Of a DNA stretch of 64,000 bases, positions 12,090 to 25,233 are shown one piece after another. The stretch lies in assembly GCF_009914755.1 (NCBI RefSeq), contig NC_060934.1. One strand, written 5' to 3'. This DNA is from the human T2T-CHM13v2.0 reference genome, Homo sapiens. The translations under genes and the position numbers were made by a program. Position 1 is the first letter of the stretch; the number at the start of each line of letters is the position of its first letter. A model generated the notes under the pieces. The model saw only the letters and a list, made by a program, of their open reading frames with translations. It was not told the DNA's origin and did not search any database.

Positions 12090-15000
12090 CAGCAAATACG
12101 GAGGAAACATTCATGACAATTGCAATCCTGGTTTCTGTAGCTGGTCACATGGTCCTATAACTACCTTCTTCCACTCCCCAGTCTGTATTCCCTTTGCCTT
12201 CAGGAAGCCTCTGCTGGTTGTGGTTTTTAACCTGGTGGGGAACCTTCATTCCCAAAGGTTCTGGACCATTATTAATCCTGCCTAGATTGGGCTGTTGTGC
12301 TTTTCTATTGATCTTAATCACAGCGCATGCCACGAGGGCCCTCCTATACCCCAGACATGCTCTTCCCCAGTCCATTGTGAAGCAGCAGGGCAGTTTCTCC
12401 TTGGTGGTCTGGACCAGCCACCCCCACCAGCGTAGTTAACTCCTTCTTTACCTGTTGATCCAGAGGCATGAAGAGCTTGGCGCCATCAGGTGGCAGCCTA
12501 AACTTCCAGCGCAATGGATCATCCCTGTGTCTCTTGGGGGCAGCATTCCTCCCTCTGGAACTAAGACCTCTAGGCCAGCAGAGCATAAGGTGGTGGGGAC
12601 AAGGAGCAAAACTTTTGCTAGTGGGTCACTAGGGGTGATGGTGAGTAGTGCTATGCTAAGAGTCTTGGCTATGGGAGGAATAGCACCATGTATTGGACAC
12701 TGATTCCGAGCATATCCAGCCTTCTGAGAGCCTTGCCCCAGCCTTGAAAGGCACTGCCACCGAGCTGCACTGTCACTGAGTCCTCCAAAGGCCATTATTC
12801 CACCATCTGTCAAGCCAGCTGCCTCAGGACAGTGGGAGCCTGGAAGGCCAGTGAATTCCATGAACATTGGGCCATCGCGGCATTTCTTTTGCTGTGATGT
12901 GAGTTCCTTAACCAGAAGAAATGCTGTGTGGATACCATGACAGTGGAGAAGGCGTTCCGTAAACCCACAGGTGGTAGTTTCAGCAGAAGCACTGTACTCA
13001 GGGAGGGCAAATCCATATGCAAAGTGTGTATTCCACTTAGAACAAATACTGCCCGTTCCATGGTGGAAAAGGTCGTAGGTAATCAACCTGTCACTAAGTG
13101 GTTGGCTGATCACTCTGGGAGATGGTGTCATACTGGGGACTCAGTGTTGGTCTCTGCTGCTGGTAGACTGGACATATTGGTAGCTGTAGAGAGTTCGGCC
13201 TTGGTGAGTGTGAGTCCACAATCCTGAGCCCATGCATAACCTCATCCCTGCCACCATGGCCACTTTGTTTCTGAGACCCTGGGGTGATGACAGGGGTGGC
13301 TGGGGAAAGAGACTGACATCTACAGAATGGGTCATCTTATTTACCTGTTATTAACGTCCTGCTCTGCTGAGGTCACCCTTCAGTGAGCATTCACATAGGC
13401 ACACATATCATCACATTTTCTGCCCCTTCAGTGAGGTCTATCCACATACCTCTTCCCCAGGCTTGTCTGTCACACATCTACCTATCATGTTCCCTGCAAG
13501 TCCCTAACCAGCCAGCCAAATTATTGGCCACAACCCATGAATTGGTATATATAATCTCACGTCTGGCCATTTCTCCTTCCAAGCAAACTGCACAATCAGG
13601 TACACTGCCCCAAGCTCTGCCCATGGGGAGGGTTACTCTTCACCTTTGTCCTTTAGGGATATCCTAGAAGGGGGCTGTCATGCTGCAGCTGTCTGCTTTC
13701 AGGTGGTACCTGGGTATCACACAGAACCATCTGTAAGGGCCAAGAGAAGGCCTGAGCCTTCTCTCCCTCTGTCATCTGATCCTAGAGAACTCCCCATGAG
13801 GCCATTGGTGCAGGCTGGGAGAGAGAAGGCAGTGTACTAGGGGTGGGGACCATGGGCATTTGGGCCACTTATGCAGCCGACTTATGCCTTCAGGGCCTGC
13901 TGGGGCCTGTTCACACACAGACCCCTTTCCTCTGATGATGGAGCGCTGCCATGCATGCCCACCTCATGCTTCGTGGGTCAGATAAAACTCAGTTCATGTT
14001 GGTCAGCTCAGGTCACATGGGAACTTGGTGATCCCCAGTTAAGCGTTCAGCCTAGTGGCAGATGAACAGATGTTTCTCAAAAGGAAAATAGTTCTCCCTC
14101 TCCCTCTCCCTCTCCCTCTCCCTTCCCTCTCCGTCTCCGTCTCCCCACGGTCTCCCTCTCCCTCTCCCTCTTTCCACACTCTCCCTCTGATGCTGAGCAG
14201 AAGCTGGACTGTACTGCTGCCATCTCGGTTCACTGCAACCTCCCTGCCTGATTCTCCTGCCTCAGCCTGCCGAGTGCCTGCGATTGCAGGCGAGCGCCGC
14301 CAAGCCTGACTGGTTTTCCTATTTTTTTGGTGGAGACAGGGTTTCGCTGTGTTGGCCGGGCTGGTCTCCAGCTCCTAACCGCGAGTGATCCGCCAGCCTC
14401 AGCCTCCCGAGGTGCCGGGATTGCAGACGGAGTCTGGCTCACTCAGTGCTCAATGGTGCCCGGGCTGGAGTGCAGTGGCGTGATCTCGGCTCGCTACAAC
14501 CTCCACCACCCAGCCGCCTGCCTTGGCCTCCCAAAGTGCCGAGATTGCAGCCTCTGCCCAGCCGCCACCCCGTCTGGGAAGTGAGGAGCGTCTCTGCCTG
14601 GCCGCCCATCATCTGGGACGTGAGGAGCCCCTCTGCCCGGCTGCCCAGTCTGGAAAGTGAGGAGCGTCTCTGCCCGGCCGCCCATCGTCTGAGATGTGGG
14701 GAGCGCCTCTGCCCCGCCGCCCCATCTGGGATGTGAGGAGCGCCTCTACCCCACCGCGACCCCGTCTGGGAGGTGAGGAGCATCTCTGCCCAGCCGCCCA
14801 GTCTGAGAAGTGAGGAGACCCTCCGCCTGGCAACCGCCCCATCTGAGAAGTGAGGAGCCCCTCCGCCCGGCAGCCACCCCATCTGGGAAGTGAGGAGCGT
14901 CTCCGCCCGGCAGCCACCCCGTCCGGGAGGGAGGTGGGGGTCAGCCCCTGCCAGGCCGGCTGCCCTGTCCGGGAGGGAGGTGGGGGGGTCAGCCCCCCAC

Positions 15001-16585
15001 CCGGCAGCCACCCCGTCCGGGAGGGAGGTGGGGGGATCAGCCCCCCGCCCAGCCAGCCACCCCGTCCGGGAGGTGAGGGGCGCCTCTGCCCGGCCACCCC
15101 TACTGGGAAGTGAGGAGCCCCTCTGCCCAGCCAGCCGCCCCGACCGGGAGGGAGGTGGGGGGGTCAGCCCCCCGCCCGGCCAGCCGCCCCGCCCGGGAGG
15201 TGAGGGGCGCCTCTGCCCGGCCACCCCTACTGGGAAGTGAGGAGCCCCTCTGCCCGGCCACCACCCCGTCTGGGAGGTGTACCCAACAGCTCTTTGAGAA
15301 CGGGCCATGATGACAATGGCGGTTTTGTGGAATAGAAAGGGGGGAAAGGTGGGGAAAACATTGAGAAATCGGATGGTTGCCGTGTCTGTGTAGAAAGAGG
15401 TAGACATGGGAGTCTTTTCATTTTGTTCTGTACTAAGAAAAATTCTTATCCTGTTGATCTGTGACCTTACCCCCAACCCTGTGCTCTCTGAAACATGTGC
15501 TGTGTCCACTCAGGGTTAAATGGATTAAGGGCGGTGCAAGATGTGCTTTGTTAAACAGATGCTTGAAGGCAGCATGCTCATTAAGAGTCATCACCACTCC
15601 CTAATCTCAAATACCCAGGGACACAAACACTGCGGAAGGCCGCAGGGTCCTCTGCCTAGGAAAACCAGAGACCTTTGTTCACTTGTTTATCTGCTGACCT
15701 TCCCTCCACTATTGTCCTATGACCCTGCCATATCCCCCTCTGTGAGAAACACCCAAGAATGATCAATAAAATAAATAAATAAATAAATAAAAAGGAAAAT
15801 AGTTATCTGCTGAGGATGGCAGGGCTGTGCACCAAAATCTTAAGGGCCTGTGCTGCGACTCACCTATAGGCGCCTGCCAAAGGCTCCAAACTTATCTGCC
15901 ACTGATGCTTCGAGCAATATTGGATCTGCTGGGTCACATGGTCCCTGTGGCAGAGTAGCATGCACGGACACCTGGACCTGCTGCACGGCCTTCTCTTGTT
16001 CTCAACACCAGCAGCCTTTCAGGTCACTTGTTACATGAGCTGGAGCAACACACCCAAATGAGGAATATGCTTCATCAAAACTCCAAATAGTTCAACTTGC
16101 ATTATAATTCAGCTAGCCACAGGATGAGATTCTGAGTTTGATTTTCAGCAATCTCAGCTGAGGGGCTACCTGGGCTAAGGGTTTACTTGAGGGCACACAA
16201 AGGAGTTTTCAGGTCATTTATGTGATACTTGAGTTGGGAATTGGAATCCCTGAGCTCATTCTTTTATTTCCCCTTTGTCTAGTGACAATAGAAGCAACCA
16301 TCTAGTATTCATTAGTTTGCTGAAAATGTTTGAAATGCCCTATACACAGTCACCCAGATCCTAGCTTCTTATAAAGTGGTTGATAGGAGTCTCCAATGGT
16401 GATATTTGTGTATCTCTATTGCCAGATTATGCCATGAACTATCAGTGCTCTATTATTGGAAATAGAGTTATTAACAACTTTAAATGAAATCTGTTTAGAG
16501 AACCAATTCCAGAAACCCCAGAACAAACCCAGAACACTCATTCTCAAAATTCTGTTCCTCTAGAACCATTATCTGTACCAAAATC
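12090..16585 (-). mobile_element. ERVL internal region (HERVL/ERVL-B4-like), deleted and interrupted by SVA
   Basis: ORF 12448..13131 has integrase remnants (YGFALP..SASAETT..HCHGIH, HCPEAAGL) and ERVL dUTPase start (TITPSDPLAK..SAGLEVLVPEGGMLPP); 'gattttggtac' start on the minus strand abuts the MLT2 LTR. Confidence 0.88.
14094..15789 (+). mobile_element. Full-length SVA (SVA_C/D-like)
   Basis: (CCCTCT)n head ~14094-14175, Alu-like domain, GC-rich VNTR ~14560-15280, SINE-R ~15290-15765, AATAAA plus A-tail; perfect 15-bp TSD aaaaggaaaatagtt (14079-14093, 15790-15804). Confidence 0.98.
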
Positions 16586-17078
16586 TGTATTAGTCAGAGT
16601 TTTTGAGAAAAACAGAACCAATATGATATATAATGGGCTCACACAATTATGGAGGCTGAGAAGTCCAGTTGGCAGCCTGGAGACTTGGGAGAACCAATGA
16701 TGTAGTTCTAGTCTGTGTTGGAAGGCTTGAGAACCAGGAGAACTGATGGTTGAGTTCCAGTCCAAAAGTCAGCAGGCTCAAGATCCAAGAATAGCCTATG
16801 TTTCAGTTTAAGTCCAAAGACAGGAAAAGACCAATGTCCCCTCTCAAGCAGTCAGACAAGAGGAGTCCCCTCTTGCTCAGGCTTTTTGTTGTATTCAGGT
16901 CTTCACTTGGTTGAATTATCCTGCCCACATTGGACAGAACAATCTACTTTACTCAGTTCACCAATCCAAATACTCATCTCAAGGAGAAACACCCCACAGA
17001 CAAACCCAGAAAATGTTTAGCCAAATATCTGGGCACCCTGTAGCCCAGTCAAGTTGACACATAAAATTAACAATCACA
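16586..17078 (-). mobile_element. MLT2 (B/C-like) LTR, the 5' LTR of the ERVL provirus
   Basis: tgtattagtcag...agttgacacataaaattaacaatcaca termini typical of MLT2. Confidence 0.9.
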
Positions 17079-17084
17079 GCTGTT

Positions 17085-17127
17085 GTGGAATTAACCTAAA
17101 TGTCTATAACGAATGAATAAAGAAAGT

Positions 17128-17168
<41 letters not shown>

Positions 17169-17682
17169 CATATATATAAAATATACACAATGGAATATTA
17201 TTTAACCATAAAAATGACATGCTGTCATTTAGGCAATGTGGATGAGCCTGGAGGACCTTATGTTAAGCAAAATAAGTCAGACACGGAAAGATGTTCTCAT
17301 TCATATGTGGGAGCTAGAAACATTTTGAACTCATGAAAGTAGAGAGTAGAATTGTGGGTATTAGAGGCTAGAAAGGGTAGAGAGGAGAGAAGGCTGGGGG
17401 AGGCTGGGTACCATACCAAATTACAGTTAGATAGGAGGAATGAGTTCTGTTCAGCAACACTGTAGGGTGAATGTGGTTAACAATAATTTATTGCATATTT
17501 TCAAAAAGCTAGGAGAGAGGATTTTGAATGTTCACAAAACAAATGAAAATGTCTGAGGTGATGGATATGTTAATTATCCTCATTTGATCATTTACACATT
17601 GTATGCTCATATGGAAATATCACTCTGTATCCCATAAACATATAGAATTATTACATGTCAACTAAAACTAAAAGGAAAAAAT
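17085..17682 (+). mobile_element. L1MA 3' end
   Basis: 'tacagttagataggaggaat', 'tgaggtgatggatatgttaatt', A-rich end. Confidence 0.85.
17126..17165. repeat. (TG)n microsatellite
   Basis: ~20 TG units with one interruption. Confidence 0.95.
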
Positions 17683-17719
17683 TAACTATCACAGAGATGA
17701 GCCAGAAGCTCATAAACAC

Positions 17720-18355
17720 CTTTTTGAAGTCACTGTCCTGAACTCCTCACATGCTATGATTTCCCTGGTACTTTCCAGCTCCTAGGAGCTCTCCTTTTCA
17801 GCGCTCCAGCTGAGCAAGGGTATTATTTACTTCACTCTGCACCTTGCTTGTCATGACCATGCCCACATCCAGCGTCAAGCAATAAAAGGACAGAAAGAGT
17901 AAAAAAGCAATGGAGTGCACCCACCTGCTTAGACCATCTCTCTAGTTATCAGGAAGTGAGGTGCCAGTGGGCTGCAGGGGACTGGGGCATAAGAAAATGG
18001 AGTAAAGAGAAAAGAGTTTCTTGCACTCTCTCTGCATGTTAGGAGACTGTTTCCTGCTCCTCAGCCAGATCAGGAAGGCTTCTCCTGAGCCCTCTCTGTT
18101 TGCACCCAAGTCCACTTCCAAGTTCAGGCGTCCTTGAAGACAGACTAAGAGACACCAAAGAAGGGAAATGGTAAAACTCAATGCCAGATCAGTGTTACTT
18201 TGAATTATGGTGTTTTGTTTTGTTTTGTTTCCCAATTCTCCTGGGGTTATTTGGTTTTAAAACTCTTCAAATAGCTTCTTTATGTATTCTCTCTGATTTA
18301 GTGGGAGGGACACAGTGAAACGTGCTTACTCCATTTTCCCCAAAACTGAAATTCC
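17720..18355 (-). mobile_element. Old L1 5'-end fragment (L1MD-like)
   Basis: 'atttagtgggagggac..gtgcttactccatttt..aactgaa' resembles an L1MD 5' terminus. Confidence 0.45.
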
Positions 18356-19061
18356 CTTAATTTTTTTGAAACTAAAAATGAATTCCTACAAACATATGAA
18401 TTTTTTTTAATGCTCATTGTTTTGAAATAATTATAGATTCACAGGCAGTTGTGCAGGAGTGTACAGGAAGGTTCCTTGTGCCCTTTACCCAACTGCCCCA
18501 GGGCTAGCATCTGACATAACTACAATATCAAAACAGGAAACTGACATTGGTACGATCCACAGAGCTTACTAATATTCAACGAGGTAGTGATGTGCTCACT
18601 TGGGTATGCGTGCATATAGCTGTCTGTAATGTTATCAAGTATGTACTTGTACCTATCATCACAATCAGGATGCATACCTCTGCACCACAGGCTTCCTTAT
18701 GGTACCACTTTAGAGGCACACATCCACATGTCCTTCACTCCATCCCTAACCCCTGGCAACTATTAATCTTCTCTTCATCTCAGTAATTATGTTATTTCAC
18801 AAATGCTATATACGTGGAATCATATAGTATGTACCTTTTTAAAACTGACTTACTTTTTAAGATTGATAATTTATTTGAGGTTCATTCAAGTTGTTACATG
18901 TATCAGTAGTTTGTTCTTTGTAATGCTGGGTAATATTCCATAATATGGATGTACCACAATGTATCCAATCATTCACCATTAAAGGACATCTGGGTAGTTT
19001 TCAGTTTGGGGTTATTACAAATAAAGCTGCTATGAACATTTGAATATAAAATTCTGTCTAA

Positions 19062-19559
<498 letters not shown>

Positions 19560-22014
19560 TAGTGCTAATCACTTTTTAAAAAGCCATTCTAATATGTAGT
19601 GATGTCTCATTGTGGTTTTAATTTGAACTTTCCTGATGGCTAATGTTGCTGACCATCCTTTCATTTACAAAGAATATTTTCTTTGGTCAAATATCTGTTC
19701 ATGTCATTTGCACATTTTTAATTTGATTACTTATTTATTTTATGTTGAGTTCTGAGAGTTCTTTATTCTTGACACAAGTTCTTTGTCAGATATGTGATTT
19801 GCAAATATTTTCTCTCATTCTGTAACTTATCTTTCCATCATCCCAACAGGGTCTTTTGCAGAGCAAAAAAAATTTAATTTTGATGAGGTCCAATTTATCC
19901 ATTTTTTTTCTTTTATGAATTGTATTTTGATGTCAAGTCTAAGAGCTCTGCCTAGTTCCTGGTCCTGAAGATTTTCTTCTATTTTTTTCCTGAAAATATT
20001 ACAGTTTGACATTAAGCCCATGATCCTTGTGTTATGTTTTGTATAAAATGTGAAGGTCGGGCCAAGCCTCATCTCTTTGCCTATGGATGTCTGATTGTTC
20101 CTGCAGCACTTGTTGAAAGGGCTATCACTCCTCTACTAAACTGCTGTTGCATTTTTCTCAAAAATTAATTAAGCATATTTCTGGGTGGGGGGTCTCTGTT
20201 CTGCACCAGTAATTAATGTGTCTATCCCTCCACCAGCACCATACTGAGTTGATCACTGTAGTTATAGAGTAAGCTTTAATACTTGGTACAGTGATTTCTT
20301 CCATTTAATTATTCTTTTTCAAAATTGTTTCAGCTAACCTAGGGCCACTCCCTTTTAATATAAAGTTTACAATAAGTTTGCATATGTATACAAAAAACAA
20401 TGCCAAGATTTAGAATTGTATTAAACCTGCAATTTGGGGGAAGCTGACATCTATGTTGAGACTTCCCATCCCTAAATATGGCATGACTCTCCATTTATGT
20501 AGATATTTTATTTCTTTCAGCAGAATTTTGTAATTTGCACTATATTCTCCTGTATATGTTTTATTAGATTTATACCTACATATTAATACTTCATGTATTT
20601 CGAGCAGTTGTAAATGGTATTGCAGTTTTTATTTTGGTTTCCACTTGTTTATTGTTACCATAGAGAGATGCAATTTGTGTACGTGTGTTATTCTTGTGTA
20701 TTGCAGCCTTGATATTCTCACTCTTTATATCAAGGATGTTTTGTTTATTCCGTGGGACTGTTTATGTAGATGATTATGCCACGTGAAAGTAGTGATAATT
20801 TTCTTTCTTTCTTTTCAATCTGTGTACTTTTTATTTCTTTTTCTGGTCTTATTACACTGGCTAGAACTTCTAGTACTATCTTGAATTAAAATGGTGAAAG
20901 GGAACATTCCTGCCTTGTTCCTGCTCTTAAGGGGAAAGCATTCATTCTTTCACCATTAAGTGTGATGTTAACTGTAGATTTTTGCAAATGCTGTTTATGA
21001 AGTTGGAGGAAATTACCCTCTATTCCAAGTTTGCTAAGAGTTTATATCATAAATGGGTTTTGAATTTTGTCAAAACCTTTTCCTATGTCAATTGATAAGA
21101 TCATATGATTTTTCTTCTTCAGTTTACAAGGCAGAATATGTTGATTGGCTTTTCAAATATTAAAACAGTCTTGCATAACTTGAGTGAAATTCCTCTTGAT
21201 TGTGGTCTACTACTCTTTTTATGCATTACTAAATTTGATTTGCTAACATTGTCTTGAGGATTTTTCCATCTAAGCTTATGAGCCAAATCAGCCTGCAGTG
21301 TTCTTTCCTCTGTCCCTTCCTCCTTCCTCCCTCCCTTCCTTCCTTTGTGCTGTCTTTGTTTTGTTTTGATATCAAAATAATGATATCATAGTCCTTTCTC
21401 TTCTATTTTCTGGAAGAGATTGTGTAAAACTGGTGTTGATTCTTCTTTAAATATTTGGTAAATACTCCAGTGAAACCATTTGGGTCTGGATACATTGTGT
21501 TCAGGAGCTTTTTAGTTACAAATCCAATTTATATAATGGTTATAGGACTATTCAGGCTTTTATATATTTCATCTTTTCTGAGTTGTGGTAATTTGTGATT
21601 TTCAAGGAATTGATCCATTTTTTCCTAGGCTGTCAAATGTATGAGCATAAAATTTTTATAGCATTTTTCATAGATGCAGCCTCTTTTGTGATATTTCTTG
21701 TTTCATTCCTGATATTGGTGATTTGTGTGTTATCTCCTTTCATCTTTGTTGATCATGCTAGAGGATTATCAGTTTTATTAATTTTTTTAAGAACCTGTTT
21801 TTTATTTCCTTAATGTTCTGCATTGCTTTCCTGTTTTTAATTTCATCAATTTCTGCTCTTCACTTTCCGTCCTATTTGCCTTAACTTTATTTTACTATTC
21901 CTCTTTTAGTTTTTTGACTACTGGTTTGAGAACTTTCCATATTACTAAGGAAATAATATAAGGATTTAGTGCTATAAATTTCTCTCTCAGCTCTGCTATA
22001 GCTGAATCCCTCAA

Positions 22015-22302
22015 TTTTTTTTTTAAGACAGGGTCTCATTCTGTCACCGAAGCTGGACTGCAGTAGCACAATCTCCACTTACTGCAGCCTCAACCTTCTG
22101 GGCTCAAGCAATCCCCCCATCTCAGCCTCCCAAGTAACTGGGACTACAGGTGCATGCCACCACACCTGGCTAATTTTTTGCAGAGATAGGGATTTCACCA
22201 TGTTGCCCAGGCTAGTCTTGAACTCCTGGGCTGAAGAAGTGATCCACCCGCCACAGCCTCCCAAAGTACTGGGATTATAGGAGTAAGCCATTGCACCCAG
22301 CC
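22015..22302 (-). mobile_element. AluJ
   Basis: J-type 'cagggtctca', 'ctgggctcaagcaatcc'; degraded TSD. Confidence 0.9.
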
Positions 22303-23074
22303 GCATCCACAAATTTTGATATGCCATATTTTCATTGTGTTACTTGCGTTTTAAAAATTCCCTTTGAGACTTCTTCTTGTCCACATTGTATATAAATGTT
22401 TACTGCTTAATTTCCAAGTGTTTGCAGATTTTTCTCCTGTCTTTCTGCAATTTATTTCTAGTTTGATTCCATTGTGGTCAGAGGACACTCTTTGTATGAT
22501 TTCGGTTTTTAAAAATTTATTAAGGTTTGTTTTAAGATCTAGAGTCTGTTCTATAAGAGCTTGAAAATAATGCGTATTTTGCTGTTGATGGATAGAGTTT
22601 TCCATAAATGTTAATTATACCCTATTGGCTAATAATATTGTTCAGTTATCCTATATTCTTGCTGATTTTTTTGTCTAGTAATTTTACAAATTCTGAAAGT
22701 GAGATGTTGACATATCCCAACTATAATTATGGATTTTTCTATTTCTTTTTTAAGCTCTATCAGGTTTTGCTTCATGTGTTTTGAAGCTGTGTTGTTTGGT
22801 GCACATATATTTAGGATCAAGATATACTCTTGCTCTTTTGTTATTATGTAATATTCCTCTTTTGTCCTAGAAATTCTTTTTGCCATGAACTCTATCTGAT
22901 ATTATTATAGCATCTCCTGCTTTTTTGAAAGTTCCTGTTTGTTTGCATGAAATATTTTTTTTTCTGTTCTTTCACTTCCAATCTGTTAAATACCTATGCC
23001 ATGGTATTAGAACTGAATATCTTATGGACATCCTATAATGGGTCATATTTTTGCATTTACTCTGCTATTTCTGT

Positions 23075-23683
23075 GTTTTTCCCAGATTTAACCAAACTGC
23101 AAAGTCTGAGGGCATGGTTCCTAAAATTTCCCTCATTCCTGACACCAACAGCAAGTTTTGGAGGTTTCCAAAGCACCTTAAGTTTCAATCATTTGCTGGA
23201 AGGACTCATTGAAAACTGCTCTACATGTGGTTACTGTTTACTGCAGGGAAATGATACAAATCAGAACCAGCACAGAGGGCAGGGCTAGGAGGGTCTGTGA
23301 AGCCTCTGTTGTCCTCAGGTGCATTACTCTCCCAGCATCCACGTGTGACAATACCATGAAGCACTGCCAACCTAGGAACCTCACCCAAGCCTTGGTGTCC
23401 AGAGTGTTTCCTGGAAGTGCATTGTGCAGCCATAATTGACAGATCTGTTGGAGACTGGTTGGAACTCTGTCTTCACCTCTCCCTTTCCCGGAATCTGGGG
23501 CTGACAGCACATTCCTAGGGGGGCCCACCATGAGCCAGCTGGTAGCATAAACTTCAGGTATGGTCTGAGGGGCCCACTATGAATAGCAAAGACCCTTCTG
23601 TCACATGGGCTTCAGGACTACTTACCAGGAGCCAGGACAAAGGCTAGACCTCTCTTTGGGCTAGGCCAAATTCTTTACCACAC
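23075..23683 (-). mobile_element. MER21/MER77-group LTR
   Basis: 'ttcctgacaccaacagcaagtt', 'ccttggtgtccagag', 'ccaggagccaggacaaaggctagacctctctttggg...ttctttaccacaca'. Confidence 0.7.
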
Positions 23684-24925
23684 AGAAATTATATTTAGGA
23701 CTCAAATGTGCCATTTTTATTTGCTTTCTGCATGTTTCTTATGTTTCCTTTATCCTGTTTTGTTTCACTTGTCATGGATTAGTTGAACAGTTTTTAGCAT
23801 TTCATTTTGAATTATTTATTCTTTTGGGTGCATTGCTTTGTATCGTTTTCTAAGTGGCTGCTCTAGGATTGATTATAATATACACATGTAACTTATCACA
23901 GCCTGCTGGCATCAATGTTTCACCATTTCATGAGAAATATCAAAAGCTTACTTTTATTTCCCCTTTTCCTCCCCCACTTAAACATGTAATTATCATAAAT
24001 ATTTCCTCTTCAGATGTAGAGCACCGCAGCAGATGATGTTATTATTTTTTGCTTCAACCATAAAATACAATTTAAGAAACTCATCATAGTCTATTATATT
24101 TACCACATGATTACCCCTTCTGTTGTTGCTATTTCTGATTTCCTTATTTCCTTTTTGTTAGGAGAGCTTCCTTCAGCCATTTATTAAGGGTGGGTTTTCT
24201 GGTAACAAATTATCCTAGTTGTCCTTCCTCTTAGAATGTCTTTATTTCCCCCTCATCCCTGAAGGATACGTTCACTGAATAGGGTTCTGGGCAGACAGTT
24301 TTTCTCAGCACCTGGCGATGGTGTGTTGCCCCCCTCTACCTCGTGGTTTTAGAGAAGCCCACCATCCTCAGAACCAGTGTATCTTAATGCATCGTTTTTC
24401 TCTGGTGGTTTAAAAAATTTTTTTCTTTGTCTTTCCTTTCCTGAAGTTCCATTATGATGTGTTTATCCTATTTGGGGTTTGCTCAGATTCTTGAATCTGC
24501 AGGTTTATTTCTTTCACCAAATTTGGGACGTCTTCAACCACTGTGCCTTTGAATACTTTTTCACCACACATTCCTTCCTCTCCTCCTGGGACTCTGGTGA
24601 CAGGAACGCTGGGCCTTTTGTCACTGTCCCACCCATCCCCAAGGAGGCATTCATTTCTCAGTCTCCTATCTCTCCGTTGTTCCTATGGGCCAGCTCTATT
24701 AATTGTCTTTGAATCAACAGACTCTGTTCTCTGTCGCCTCCACTCTGCTATTGAACCCAACTGCACATTTTTTCATTTAGTTATTGTATTTTTCAGTTGT
24801 ATGATTTTCATTTTGTTCTTGTTTCAAGAAAATTCACCATTGTTTTCTGAAGCATTTTTATGATGGCTGCTTTAAAGTTCTAACATCTGATTTATCTTGA
24901 TTAATCTTATTTTGCTATTTAAGTT

Positions 24926-25233
24926 GTTTTTTGTTTTGTTCTGTTATGTTTTTGAGACAGAGTCTTACTCTGATGCTCAGACTGGTGTGCAGTAGCATGA
25001 TCTCAGCTCACTGCAGCCTCAAACTGCCGGGCTCAAGCGGTCCTCCTGCTTCAGCCTCCTAAGTAGCTGGCACCACAGGTGTGTGCCACCACAGCTGGCT
25101 AACTTTTAAATTGTTTGTAGAGACAGGATCATGCTGTGTTGCCCAGGCTGATCTCAAACTCCTGGACTCAAGCCATCCTCCTGATTGACCTTCCAAAGTG
25201 CTGGGATTACAGGTGGGAGCCCCCTCACCTGGC
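24926..25233 (-). mobile_element. AluJ
   Basis: Dimeric J-type Alu; short TSD t(t/c)aagttg. Confidence 0.9.

Noticed and set aside
12448-13131. 227-aa integrase/dUTPase-like ORF as a functional protein
   Set aside because: ERVL similarity is patchy (frameshifted) and the integrase catalytic motifs are not intact in frame.
14439-15509. 356-aa ORF, the longest in the track
   Set aside because: Antisense reading of the SVA VNTR/SINE-R; a repetitive peptide expected from any SVA.
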